A stretch of DNA of 64,000 nt from Octopus sinensis (GCF_006345805.1 NC_043001.1:73098001-73162000), one strand, 5' to 3'. Positions 14,186 to 27,106 are shown, numbered from the stretch's first letter. Translations and numbers: made by a program. The notes: generated by a model from the letters alone, not told the origin.

Positions 14186-15229
14186 ATAGATATAGATGTA
14201 TAGAGAGATAGTTAAGTAGATGTCTGGCTTCACTCAACATGAAGCTCGCTCTGTGTGTACTATTAAGATGTATTGTTTACTCTCTCTACTTATTCAGTTA
14301 GTATTGGACTCTAGTCAAACCTTAAACTCAACCTGTGTACAGCACTAACCTCAACATTTCTGTGACTTATATTTGGTTTTTAAAATTATGTCATTAGAGT
14401 TAGTAATAAGTTCATTGCCTGATCAAACTACTTTAATGTAAAAGGTCTTAAGTTAGTGTTAGCAATACTAGGAAAATTAAATGATTAAAAGAAATAATTA
14501 TGTAGCAAGAGATACATATCAAAAGACAGATAGGTAGGTAATTAAGTTAATGTTACATATTTAATGCAGTGAACATTTAAAAAGTTAAATAGAAATAATT
14601 ACATGACTAAATAGACAAGTAGATGGATGGATGGATAGATAGATGTTAAATATTTTCGTGCATCCACTCACGAAAGCTTTAGGGTATAGCATCTGACTTG
14701 CTAGATGTTCACAACATTATCCACAACAATATTTTATAATATTTTATATTATTAATATTATAATATATATATATATATATATGTATATTTTTATATGTGT
14801 ATATATTTTAATTATTTCCAACAACTTTGGCCTCTTTTTTTTAATTCAATATCTGCGCCACTCATAGATATGTTTATAAAAATCAAAAAAATAATGCAGC
14901 ACCCATGGCTTTCAGGAACATTTTCTCATACTCAGAGTAAATGAAGCATAGAATAAATTACACACATTGGTTGCTGTCTGTCAGGACACTGGATCCTTCA
15001 AACATTCCATGCTTCCCAAAATTCACCAACTCTACTCCCGATGTGCCCCTGCAACTACCCTATTCTTTGTTATGACTGTTTTACTATTTACTTTCCTGTC
15101 TTTCTATTCTGTGTACTGTGCATGTATTTGTGGCTTTCATCACTTTCTTTACTTATTGCTGCTTTCTGTTTCCTTTTTTACTTTTTCCAACAAACTGTAG
15201 TGTACCTGAACATTACATACACAATACTC

Positions 15230-15630
15230 ATTCATCATCATCATCATCATCATCACCATTTAGCATCTGTTTTCCATGCTGGTAGGGGATTATGGTTTGA
15301 TAGGGGCTGGCTAGACTCCAATTATTTGTTTTGACATGGTTTCTCTGGCTGGATGACTTCCTAATGCCAACTGCTTTACAGAGTGTGCTGGGTACTTTTT
15401 ACATGCCATCAGCACATGTGCATTTATATGGCATCACTATCTATAAAGGACAAACCTGTATCTATGGATGACCACAATTTTACTTAGCTTGGCATGTCTT
15501 CTCATGTGCAGCATATTTCCACAACACCTAGTCCCTTGACATTTCTCCAATGAGGCCCAGCATCTAAATATCCTTTCTCTCCACTTTGTCCCACATCTTC
15601 CTGGGTCTACCTCTTCCACAGGTTCCTTCC
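15230..15630 (-). mobile_element. RTE-clade LINE 3' end with (GAT)n tail
   Basis: Minus strand encodes degenerate ...CGRGRPRKMWDKVERKD..., typical of the RTE ORF2 C-terminus, followed by the common 3' UTR and (ATC)n on + strand. Confidence 0.65.
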
Positions 15631-15943
15631 ACGATTAGAGATTATTGTTGATTCTTGAAAAGCTAACAGAAGTAGTTGTGTGGTGAATAAAATTTGGTGT
15701 TAGTCAAATATTAACATTTATTTTCATTTTTACAGTAAAGATGGGGTATAGTTCCAAACATTTGGTGTTATTATGACCTCATCAGAGAAGCTTGTTTGAC
15801 AAAGTAGTGATAAAAGTATCATTAAGCCATTCATAATCAAAGTAGAAGGAATAGTGTTGAAAGCAGTAATGGTGATAATATTTGGTGGTACTATTGCTGC
15901 TGCTGAGGATATGAGTGTAATCCTTGATTGACAATATTATTAA

Positions 15944-16160
15944 CCTTTTAGCATTTAAACAGGCTATATCCTGCCAAAATATTGTGCCTGTTTTATGTTA
16001 AAACTGGCCGTATTCAGCCTCACACACCTACCCTACAATATCATCCTAAAAATAAACAATCACATCACTGGAATCTGAAAGCCACAAAATAATGCATGCT
16101 TAATTCAAAACAATGTGAATAAATGTTAAATTTGACAAAGTAATCTGAATGCTGAAAGGG
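15944..16160. mobile_element. piggyBac-type MITE
   Basis: TTAA|CCTTTTAGCATT...AATGCTGAAAGGG|TTAA: short TIRs and TTAA target duplication. Confidence 0.75.
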
Positions 16161-16761
16161 TTAATGTGTACCAATGATAGGGAAAAGAGAAGTTTGAGAA
16201 TGAAAGAGCTGGAGTATTGATGGTGGTGTTAATGAAGGAAAATTTACATATGCTGATGATGATGATGACAATTGTGGACCTGGCAGCGTCATTGTTATAC
16301 CAGCAGTGGTGGTTAATCACATACAATACTATTAGCAGCTATATGTCCTTAGTTACCCTATTTCTAAATGCCTGATGAATTTGTTTCCCATGTTTCACAC
16401 TTAACCCTGCTCCCCTTTTATGTCCTATACCTATCCATCTACTAACCCGGCTACCTACCCCTAATGGTGCTGTGTCCCCTACCTTTTCCCACCCACCTAC
16501 CTACTTCTGCTCCTTACAACATTAGAATTAAACTCTTTCTTCATCTTGATATTCCAAAAGTCATGTTATGTTAAATTATTACATGAATTTGTGTTGAATA
16601 TCCTTATTTTCCACTTGGAAATCTATGTTCATGCCATCATCATTTCCAAGTAAATGTATATGAATATATGCCCAGAGACCTACCTCAGAAATCTGCTTCT
16701 ATCCTACAGCTTACTTGAGTTCACATGACATTCTTTAAGAAATCATTGTCTCTCTCTCTCT

Positions 16762-16804
<43 letters not shown>

Positions 16805-16805
<1 letters not shown>

Positions 16806-16945
16806 TCACACTTGGGTTCAGATTCAGTCCCACTCATGCAGCACCTTGGGCAAGTGTCTTTTACTATAACCCCAGGCTGGCCAATGCTTTGTTGGTAATT
16901 GCGGTTGCCAGAGACTAAAAGAAGCCCATTGTGTGTGTGTGTGTG
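16805..16945 (+). mobile_element. OK-like SINE fragment
   Basis: GGTTCAGATTCAGTCCCACTCATGCAGCACCTTGGGCAAGTGTCTT...GAGACTAAAAGAAGCCC(GT)n. Confidence 0.65.
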
Positions 16946-18539
16946 TGTTTTTTTGGTTTTTGTTTTAGCTTGCATTCACACCCAGTGGAAGTTCTGAGCT
17001 ACAATTGAATACCATTTTGATAATTCTATGTATGCTGTGAGCATAACAGCCTAATGTTCCTTTTTATTCTTTACCCCTGGTGTTTTAATAGCTACAGATC
17101 CATAATGCTCTGACATACACCTCAATAAATATTAATTACTGTGCACATTAGCATCTATTTAACAAGTCATTATAATGATGATATTTCAAATATTTGTCTA
17201 ATCCTTAAAGGGAAGGAGAAGCAGAGAGATGGAGGGGGGAGAAAGAGAGATAACAGGAAATCTAGATATATTGAAGCTTTAAAAACATCATGTAACAGAT
17301 TGTTTTAAATTGCTCAGTCCCTCTCCCTCTGCTTCTTTCTCATTCTCTCTCATACAGTTTGGACCCATGGAATCAACTTTAGACTACACAATCCTAGTGT
17401 GATGAAACCCCATACTTCAAGACTCCCATGTAGAATGTATCCTGTTTGAGGATGAGGAAACTGAGACTTTACAAATGGTTATGGTAGTTCCTGCATTAGT
17501 ATTTGTCTCAAATATCACCATCTCATCTTTAGCAAATCCATTTACTATACCCCTGGTCAAATTTGAAATAGACACAAATTGTGTAGAAGCCTGTTAGATT
17601 AACTGTTGCTGTAATTTAAATGTCCAGTCTTGTCACACTTGCCTGTGTTGTGGTGGTTCTACTTGAGAATTACATTATGGATATATGTATCTGTGAAATA
17701 GTCAGTTACTTTTCTCACTAATTCACTGACTAGGTATATATTTCATTGACCAACTGGACACTCATACATTGAAATCAACAGGGGAGACTGTCGTGTGTGT
17801 GTTTGTGCATGGATGCAGGCATGTGTGTGTATATGTATATATGCTCATGTATATGTATGCATATGTATGTGTACATATAAATATTTATGTATGTGCATAT
17901 ATGTGTGTGTATATACATGTATATATGATTATATATGTGTGCGTTTGCATATATATGTATACATACATATTGTGTCTTCGACTGCCAGATTAATTACCTT
18001 CTGAAGATTGGGCTAGGTGATATTGCACATGCTTTTGGTTTCGGATTCAGTGTGTGTCATCGTGATTGAGAAGCAAACATGCTTGCATCTATATGGACCT
18101 ACAGGGTGACCCATTGATATTTCTTAATTATTCAACTTAAGGTAGGATTATGAAATGTTCTAATGTAAATTGTCAATCCATTGCAGTAATTACATTTCAA
18201 AATGACCACCTTTCACCTTGATTATAACCTGCAAATGAGCAGTCACTGAGATGCATGAGCCCCATACCACTTCTTCATCCAACTTGACCCTTGAAGACAG
18301 AAGGGCTTTTTTCAAATTTGAATAGGATCAAGCCAGAGTCATGCAAATAATAACTACTATATTGCTAATTATGTTAATTAGTGTAGTCATCAATATACTT
18401 AAAGAAAAATGGTTTTTGAAGGGGAAAAAATTATAACTGTTGGTATGTTATTGTCAGTGTTAGATGCAATAATTATTATAAAAATATGAATGTTGAAAAT
18501 AATATAATTATAACTATTATATAAGGCCTCATGGAAGCA

Positions 18540-18845
18540 ATGACCAAGACCTTTGGCATTATGTCATGCTTGAGAAGACCCATCAAGCCATGCCAAATCA
18601 GACTGGAGTCTGGTGCAGCCTTCCAGCCCTGGTCAAACTGTCCAACCCATGCCAGCACAGACAACGGACGATAAATGATGATGATGATAGGCATTAGTAT
18701 AGCTATGGGATTAAGAAGTTTGCTTTCCAACCATGTAATTTGGGGTTCAGTCCCACTTAGTTGCACCTTGGGCAAGTATCTTCTTCAATAGCTCTTGTGA
18801 GTGAATCTGGCCAACAGATACTAAAAGAAACCTTTCAGTTGTGTA
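18540..18845 (+). mobile_element. RTE-tail repeat followed by OK-like SINE
   Basis: ...AACTGTCCAACCCATGCCAGCACAGACAACGGACGATAAATGATGATG then GGGTTCAGTCCCACTTAGTTGCACCTTGGGCAAG. Confidence 0.6.
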
Positions 18846-21800
18846 TATATATGTGTGTATATATGCATGTGTGTCTTACTAAAGTTATAAGCAGTATTGT
18901 TGTTGTCATTTTGCATTTTCACAGATATGTGCAATAAGAGATCTCTTACTTGAAAAACAAGTAAGAGCTAGAGACAGGAAGGGCATCTAACTGTAATACA
19001 ACACTTCAGTAATGTATTTGTCTAATGTGTGTTAGCATGGAAAAACAGACACAAAACAAATGAATAAAGGAACAAGACAAAGCTAGTTTATAAACTGTAG
19101 CCACATGGGTATAACTTAGTTGAATCCATGGTGAATGCTGGACTTATTATAATTATTTGAGCTTTGTTTTTTTTTTATACTGTTTTCAAGAATATCTGTT
19201 GCTAATGAAACAGTTAATTAAAACAACTACTGCTAATGAATAAATATTTACTAGCTAGAGAGTTGTACATTGAATTATAGACGGCATGTGTTTGTAACAA
19301 TATAAAATATAAGCAATTACTCTATCCTTTGTAGATGAGTCCCTAGAGGTGTAAAATGAAAACACACCACACCTATATATCTAGAAGTTGTCCTTAATGA
19401 AGCAGACAAAATGCCGCTAAATTCATTATATCATGTTCACTTCAAATGATTTTATTTATGTTTAAAATCTCCTCTTGTGCACACCATAAATTAAATGGCT
19501 ATCTTGAGATAAAGAATTTGCACCAGTTCTTAAGCTTTGAAAGGAATTACTTCAATTCTTCAAATGAAATAGTTCCCAACAGAAAGTTAATGAGTTCTTT
19601 TCAATCAATTCCTACTTCTTTAAAGGACTGGTAAACATCACTAAGAGGATCTTTTTATTTTTCCCCAAATTAAATGATTTTATTCTTTCATTTCAGTGAA
19701 TGTTTGTTTTACTTTTTGCAACAAATAAAATTTCTTAATTAAAGATAAAGTGGAAATTTGGAGTTCAATGAAGAAAAGATATATATTCGATTGGTTGATT
19801 ACATTCTGCAGGAATTAGATCATGTGTTGTAGTGTAGGGGGTATATAATGTTATTTTGTAATACCTCAATAACTTGCAAACAACAAAGTATTGTTCCTGA
19901 TCTTACTGATATTCACGCAGATATTTTAAACCATATCCAGAAAAGGGCCACTGATAGACACATCTAGTACAGAAAATACCACAGAGGACTGCATTTATCA
20001 ACCAGTCCTAAAACTAACTTTGTTCATATAGGATGTAGCAAAACAAAAACCCCCTTAGAATCATCATTCTTGATACATGTTTCAAATGCATGGCATGTAC
20101 CAGTTTAAAATAATGATGTTAACTGAAAAAAAAAAAAGAGAAAAAAAAAACATGCAACATGCTACATGAAGACACCATCACCATCTGCTCAACTTCACTA
20201 GCATCACATCAACAGCTGTGTGAAATATGGGAGTTGTTTTTTGTTGTTTTTTTTCTGCCACATCCTGTAAACATATTGAAGATGTGAGGAACCTTCTGAT
20301 AGAAGGTAGAAAACTCTAATCCTTGTATCATTCATTTCTGTTCTGTAACAGGATCTTTTCAGGACTGGGCATTTAACTTAGAAATATCTTCAACAGGATG
20401 TTAAGAGTTAACAGAACCTTATAAGATAAAGGTGAATTTTGTTACAGTGAGTTACAGTGAGTTAAGGATTGCCAACAACCCTTAAGAATATTTTGAAAGA
20501 TATGCAAGAATAACTTTTATTTCTTTATTACTCGTTTCAGTTATTGCACTGTGGTTATGCTGGTGCACTGCCTTAAAAAGCTTTAGTCAAACAGATCAAT
20601 TATATTACTTATTTGAAGGATGTTACTTAGTTTGTCAGTCTTATTTTATTTATTTATTTATTTTGGGGAGCAGAACTGTTGTTCTTTTTCACATATTGTT
20701 GATGGTGTACAATCTGGCTCAGTTTCTATGACTAATGTAGTTGTTTGTGTTATTTATCTCAGCAGACCTATGATCAAAGATACTCTAGCCATGATCATGT
20801 TGCTGTTGTTTAACCCCAGGTCAATCTTGTTGAAGGTGGTATTCCAGCATGGTCACACAGTCAGATGAATCAAAACCCATAGAAGAATTAAAGATGTTTG
20901 TTTGAGAGCTATAACTATGTGTTACTTGGAGCTGTTGTTGTGATGTAATATGGCTGTTGTTGCTAATTAATGTTAATTTTGTGGATTATGATGGGTATTA
21001 AAAGAGAATAGGAAAATGGTTACTGTGTGTGTGTGTAGTTAACAAGATAGCTTTTCAAACTTGTGCTTTTGAGTTCACTCTTAGTGTGCAACACCTTGAG
21101 CAAATGTCTTTTGTCCTGGGTTAACCAAAGCTTCAAAAAGAAGCCCAGTGTGTGTATGTGTGTGAATCTACTTGTTTTGACATCACATGATAATTGTAAG
21201 CAAGGATAACTTTCAGCCATGCAGTACTGGTTGATGGAGGAAAACTTCTCATATTATTATGGCTAGATGTTCTCAACAGTTTATGCCAGCAGATGAGGGA
21301 AATGCCAGATGCATGGCTATGAAGGCACAATTCGACCTTAACTTAGAATCTGCAACATTCCCTTACAGTTTCATCTCCACATTCTGTCTGTCTCTTGCTT
21401 CATGTACTGCAGAGGAAGATCTTGAAATCTCAGTGTGTGGGTCTCCTTGTGGCAAGTCATGATCCACCTTAATCAAGCCCATGCCATCAGCTTTCTTCTT
21501 TTCTATGATTCTGGATTTGCTGTTTCTACTGCTTGCCTTACTTACCTGCTTCTTCTTTCCATGCTTGAACCAAGACTTGTAAAGTGCAACGGCGATGGGA
21601 TAAGGATAACAGGTGCAGGTTTAGGTGAAACTGGGAGCTCATAGTCTGGACCTACACTGCTGGCAGTAAGTGTGTGATGATTTCCTTTCCAAAACCTGGT
21701 GACTGCTTGGGATATCAGTCCTGCACTGTATATATTTTATATGTATGGATGTGTGTGTGTGTGTGTATAAATGTACTTACACACACATGTATATATACAT

Positions 21801-21877
21801 TTATGTATATATACACACCAATATATGTATGCATATATATTTACATATACACACGTACATACATATATATACACACA

Positions 21878-21912
<35 letters not shown>

Positions 21913-22138
21913 GAAATATTAAAATAACTAAGTCTCTCTAAAAGAGAACAGCGGCAGCGTTCCCGGAAAATAATAGTTATCGCCATACTAATATGGCATT
22001 CTTATAAAAATAAGAAAAAAGCTGTCCGCTTATTAGCTCCATGAGGCCATCGCCTTAAGTTAGCTATTTGATACACAAACTGTATCCATATAACCTTCGA
22101 ACAAGGGAGGTCAGTCGCTCCACACTACTTGACCGGCA

Positions 22139-22180
22139 GCTACAGACGCGTTTCGGGGTATTGCCCCTTTTCAATGCAGC
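22139..22180 (-). ncRNA. Minimal type I hammerhead (U3-A8 variant), array B copy 1
   Basis: Reverse complement: GCUGCA UUGAAAA GGGG-CAAUA-CCCC GAAA CGCG UC UGUAGC. Confidence 0.8.
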
Positions 22181-22690
22181 GTAGCCAGCCAGTAGGTGTC
22201 GCTTCCGACAATCTCTGTTCGATGGTTTTATTTACCTAGTTTCGGTGGAATACATCCACTTGTTTTCAATAATAGAAATATTAAAATAACTAAGTCTCTC
22301 TAAAAGAGAACAGCGGCAGCGTTCCCGGAAAATAATAGTTATCGCCATACTAATATGGCATTCTTATAAAAATAAGAAAAAAGCTGTCGCTTATTAGCTC
22401 CATGAGGCCATCGCCTTAAGTTAGCTATTTGATACACAAACTGTATCCATATAACCTTCGATGGTCTCATGGAGCTAATAAGCGGACAGCTTTTTTCTTA
22501 TTTTTATAAGAATGCCATATTAGTATGGCGATAACTATTATTTTCGGGAATGCTGCCGCTGTTCTCTTTTAGAGAGACTTAGTTATTTTAATATTCTATT
22601 ATTGAAAACAAGTGGATGTATTCCACCGAAACTAGGTAAATAAAACCATCGAACAGAGATTGTCGGAAGCGACACCTACTGGCTGGCTAC

Positions 22691-22732
22691 GCTGCATTGA
22701 AAAGGGGCAATACCCCGAAACGCGTCTGTAGC
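22691..22732 (+). ncRNA. Minimal type I hammerhead (U3-A8), array B copy 2 (sense); predicted GUC cleavage after 22726
   Basis: Stem I GCUGCA/UGUAGC (one G-U), extended by CUACU-GGCUGGC / GCCGGUC-A-AGUAG; stem II GGGG/CCCC; GAAA; palindromic helix III ACGCGU; GUC triplet. Confidence 0.82.
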
Positions 22733-23052
22733 TGCCGGTCAAGTAGTGTGGAGCGACTGACCTCCCTTGTTCGAAGGTTATATGGATACAGTTTGTGTAT
22801 CAAATAGCTAACTTAAGGCGATGGCCTCATGGAGCTAATAAGCGGACAGCTTTTTTCTTATTTTTATAAGAATGCCATATTAGTATGGCGATAACTATTA
22901 TTTTCCGGGAACGCTGCCGCTGTTCTCTTTTAGAGAGACTTAGTTATTTTAATATTTCTATTATTGAAAACAAGTGGATGTATTCCACCAAAACTAGGTA
23001 AATAAAACCATCGAACAGAGATTGTCGGAAGCGACACCTACTGGCTGGCTAC

Positions 23053-23094
23053 GCTGCATTGAAAAGGGGCAATACCCCGAAACGCGTCTGTAGC
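23053..23094 (+). ncRNA. Minimal type I hammerhead (U3-A8), array B copy 3 (sense); predicted cleavage after 23088
   Basis: Identical motif exactly 362 nt downstream of copy 2. Confidence 0.82.
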
Positions 23095-25179
23095 TGCCGG
23101 TCAAGTAGTGTGGAGCGACTGACCTCCCTTGTTCAAGGTTATATGGATACAGTTTGTGTATCAAATAGCTAACTTAAGGCGATGGCCTCATGGAGCTAAT
23201 AAGCGGACAGCTTTTTTCTTATTTTTATAAGAATGCCATATTAGTATGGCGATAACTATTATTTATATATATATATATATAAACATACACATATATATGC
23301 ACACACATACATATATATACACTTATATAAATACTTGTAGAATAGTGGTAGTTGGGGAGTGTGTGTGTTTTCCATAGTAATATATTCTTTTGAAATAACA
23401 CACCATTAAAACAGCTTTACTATTTCATGATACCATGTCTTGTAGACCGAACCTAAAAAGTTTCTATTTCTAAATCAGACCTTGATGCTGCCTCCTGTCT
23501 TTACCAAAATGCCAAATAAACACCTCTGATTTAAAACCTCAATTTTTACTGGAGTATATCAGCTGAATCAAGAAATATTTGTCCTTCAAACTGACTTCAT
23601 TCCTACAGCATGAACACACATTTAAATCAAAGCTACTTTTTATCTTAGTTCCACTTCCCTTCCTCTCTCTCTCTCTCTCTCTCTCATTTGTGTGTGTGTG
23701 TGTGTATGTGTGTGTGTATACTTATATATAGACACATTCACAACACTTCCTTTTCGTACTATCAAACAGAAAGAAAACGTATGTATGCATCAAGATGAAT
23801 ATATACAAATGTATATACACACGTACATACATACATACATGCATGCATGTATACATGCACACACACATACATCCATCTATACAACAATCTCTATCTTTGT
23901 CACCTACTTAACCAAGTTTGTTTTAGTATTCATTACTAAATGTCTGTTACTGTTTCTAATTTGTTTCCTAATATGTTAGGTTTTCTATTAATGACCAGAC
24001 TAACTTCTATTTGTACCATGTGTTATGTGTGTGGGGGTGGTGGAAGGAGTAAAGGAAGGGAGAAGAAAAGAGAGAAAGGCTGTATTTTAACATCTATTTA
24101 GAAGTAGGAATCTGTATATTATTGGTGATGATGCTAAACTGGTTTTGCATATTTTCACAGCAGTCACTGTTAAATGGAAGCATTCTAATGGCAAATCTCT
24201 GCTTTCGTGTTATGATGGTGATTGGGGTGGGGATACCAGGTCAGGCAGGCAAAGATATCGTTTCTGTCTGTGGCCAAAACATTCCGCAGACATATGATCG
24301 AAGGTGTTCAATCCACAATCATCCCATCTTTTTCCCTAAGGTATAGAGTACTGTCCCTTGGCTTGAGTGAGGGTCTGAACAATTTGATACAAGTACTAGG
24401 GACAAAAATGGTGATGGGCTGGGCTCAGCTGATTGCCTTGATTTTCAAAAATATTTATTCTGTGTGCCAATTGTCTTGTAATGTTAGCGATCAAAATGTT
24501 ATTTCGACATTCTATATTATGTTGATGAAAGTGATTCGATGGCACTTGTCCTGTCAGCAGCCAACTTTTCATGGCATTTTTAGTTTTTTTAAACCATAGC
24601 AAGGTGACATTGAAAATACAATAGTAAAAGAAGTGGGAGGGCAATTAAAAAAAATCTACGAAGCAATGGTACAGAGCATATACAACTAAATTATCCTGAA
24701 AACACACCTGCCTGCTGGGGACTTGGTCCAGATTCTAGTAACAGATTGAAATCAACTAAAGACACCCAAAGACTAGGTCGTGTTAATCTGGACAATGGAT
24801 TAAAACTATCAGACATTTGTAACAGCTCATTTATCTTCAACATGGTTAGCAAACAGTCCTTTAAATGTTAGCACTGCTTTGTGAATTAGTGAGACAAAGT
24901 TCTGGGTTTTCTCATACTACTTAGTACCTTTGGTAAATAGGAACTGTGCAGAAGCCTAGCATGTGTGTGTCAAAAACAGATTAATAAATATAGCCAATAT
25001 AATAACTATCAAAGTAAAATAACCCTGTTGCCTGATTTAACATCACCACCCGGTCCTTGGCAGCCCTCGCTGTTGTCCATTTCATCACAAGCATTTAAGC
25101 CAAGGTTTTCATCTGAAGCTAACTTCCTCCCACTTGTCTTGGGACCCTTGAAAAAGGACGTGGGCAGCACTGTTCTTCA

Positions 25180-25490
25180 AATCATCATCATCTTTTAATG
25201 TCCTCTTTCCATGCTGGCATGGGTTGGATGGTTTGATGGAGGACTGGTAAGCCAGAAGACTGCGCTAGGCTCCAATCTATTCTGGCAAGGTTTCTATGGC
25301 TAGATGCCCTTCCTAATGCTAACCAGTCTGAGAGTGTAGTGGATGCTTTTTATGTGGCATTGGCATGGAGGCGAGTCAGGCAGCACTGGCATCGATCACA
25401 CTCGAATGGTGCTTTTTATGTGCCACTGGCACAGGAACCAGTCAGGCGGCACTGGCATTGACCGCTCTCAGATGGTACTTTTTACGTGCC
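25180..25490 (-). mobile_element. RTE-tail repeat with (GAT)n end
   Basis: (ATC)n TTTTAATGTCCTCTTTCCATGCTGGCATGGGTTGGATGGTTTG...GATGCCCTTCCTAATGC, shared with multiple copies. Confidence 0.65.
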
Positions 25491-26599
25491 ACATAAGAAA
25501 AATGTCCTGGGTGTGATTTGTTGGAATAAAAGTCTTGAAGGCAATTTCTCAGAGCTCTAACAGTTTATTAATTTGCTGCCTTGTGTACTCTGTAATGATT
25601 TTTATATTCATACAGAGAGAGAGGGAGAACAGGAGCAGGTCTGATTACTTTAAGGAAGGTGTTCATTAGTTAAAAGAATGATAGGTGTAACAAGTTTATT
25701 GTTATGGGAAGGTATTAGTTGGAAGACTAACAGAGACAGTGTTTGGGAAAGGACTAATAGAAGGAAAAGAAAAATAGTGAGGTGAGGTGTTAGTGTGAGG
25801 GAGTTGGAGAATTATAAAGATGGCACTGGAGAGAATTGAGTGGGAGGAGATTTAGAGCCTACGTTTAATTTTTATTCTTTATATTGCTGTCTCCCCTTAA
25901 AACTTTATACCATTTTAAAATGAAAAGTATCAAAAACAAATATAAGATAGAAAAATTTTTTTCTCTTACCATTTCATATCCAAATCAAAGTCTATCTTAT
26001 TTTACTAGTTTAGAGAAATATCTAAAATCTTTGAATCATATATTGAACCAAGTACCAAAAGTTTAATTTCCTGGAACTACAATTTCTGTTCAGTCTTTGC
26101 TGTCTATATACATTGTTTAATATGTATAGCATCAGAATAGAAAAACAGAAACAAACTGCGAATGTCTTGGTTGAACAGTTTTCACCAGCTATTTATAAAC
26201 ATATAATGTTGTCTTGATATTGTATAGGCTTGTTATATATCTTTTATTTGTTGTGATGTTATTAGTACTAATGTTGGTATCAACTTAGATTTTATTAGTC
26301 TGCTGCAGCCTGTAATCTCACTGTTTTGACAGCTTTACAGGCGTGGCTGTGTGGTTAAGAAGCTTCTCAACCATGTCGTCTCAGGTTCAGTTCCATCGCA
26401 TGGCCACTTCTTTTATAACCCTGAACCAACCAAAATCTTGTGAGTAGATTCAGTTAATGGAAACTGAAAAAATCAAACTGTATATTTGAGGAGGGTATTC
26501 ATGCCTTCCTTTTCTTATCATGATATTGTGTTCTGATTGTAAGCACACATAATTGTGATACAAGTGTATCATTTGTTTGCAATGTGTGTATATATATAT

Positions 26600-26830
26600 A
26601 TATATATTATATATATAACTGAGTATGTCTGTCTGTGTGTCTGTATGTGTGCATCACTAAAACTCGAGAACTACCCTACCAATTTCATTGAAATTTTACA
26701 CATGCCCTACTTAGAGTCAATGCAGTGTCATGGACCAAAAATTTTCAACTTCTTGCCTAATGTCTTATCTCTTGTACTATTTCAGTTTTACGTGTCAAAA
26801 GTGAAACAATAACATCTCTATTGTAATGTG
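26600..26830 (+). mobile_element. Non-autonomous Helitron-like 5' fragment
   Basis: (TA)n-ACTGAGTATGTCTGTCTGTGTG...AAAACTCGAGAACTACCCTACCAATTTCATTGAAATTTTACAC resembles 5' segments of DINE/HINE-type Helitrons; no 3' CTAG end seen. Confidence 0.5.
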
Positions 26831-26979
26831 GGATAATACTTTCAGTTTTTAATAGTGAAACTATGAACTTTCACTATGTATGTATATATATATGTATGTA
26901 TGTAGGTATGTATGTATTAGTTTCATTTCTATTACTTTCACCATGATATATTTACATATGTATATGTATGTATTTATAT

Positions 26980-27106
26980 GAATGTATACATATATATGTA
27001 TAAATATATATATTGATGTATATATATGTATTTATATGAATGTATGTATATTTATGTATTTATATGAATGTATGTATGTATATTTATGTATTTATATGAA
27101 TGTATG

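Larger units (their letters stand above)
21909..23264. mobile_element. Hammerhead-ribozyme array B (retrozyme-like): 362-bp unit, about 1.5 copies then about 2.2 inverted copies
   Basis: AATAGAAATATT at 21909 and 22271 (period 362). Inversion at 22459-22461 (shared CGA). Inverted segments 22459-22600, 22601-22962 and 22963-23264. Copies are nearly identical and both ends abut (TA)n. Confidence 0.88.

Noticed and set aside
10777-23264. Arrays as CRISPR, rDNA or plain satellite
   Set aside because: No unique spacers and no rRNA similarity; eukaryotic intron context; units contain ribozyme cores and have insertion-like ends.
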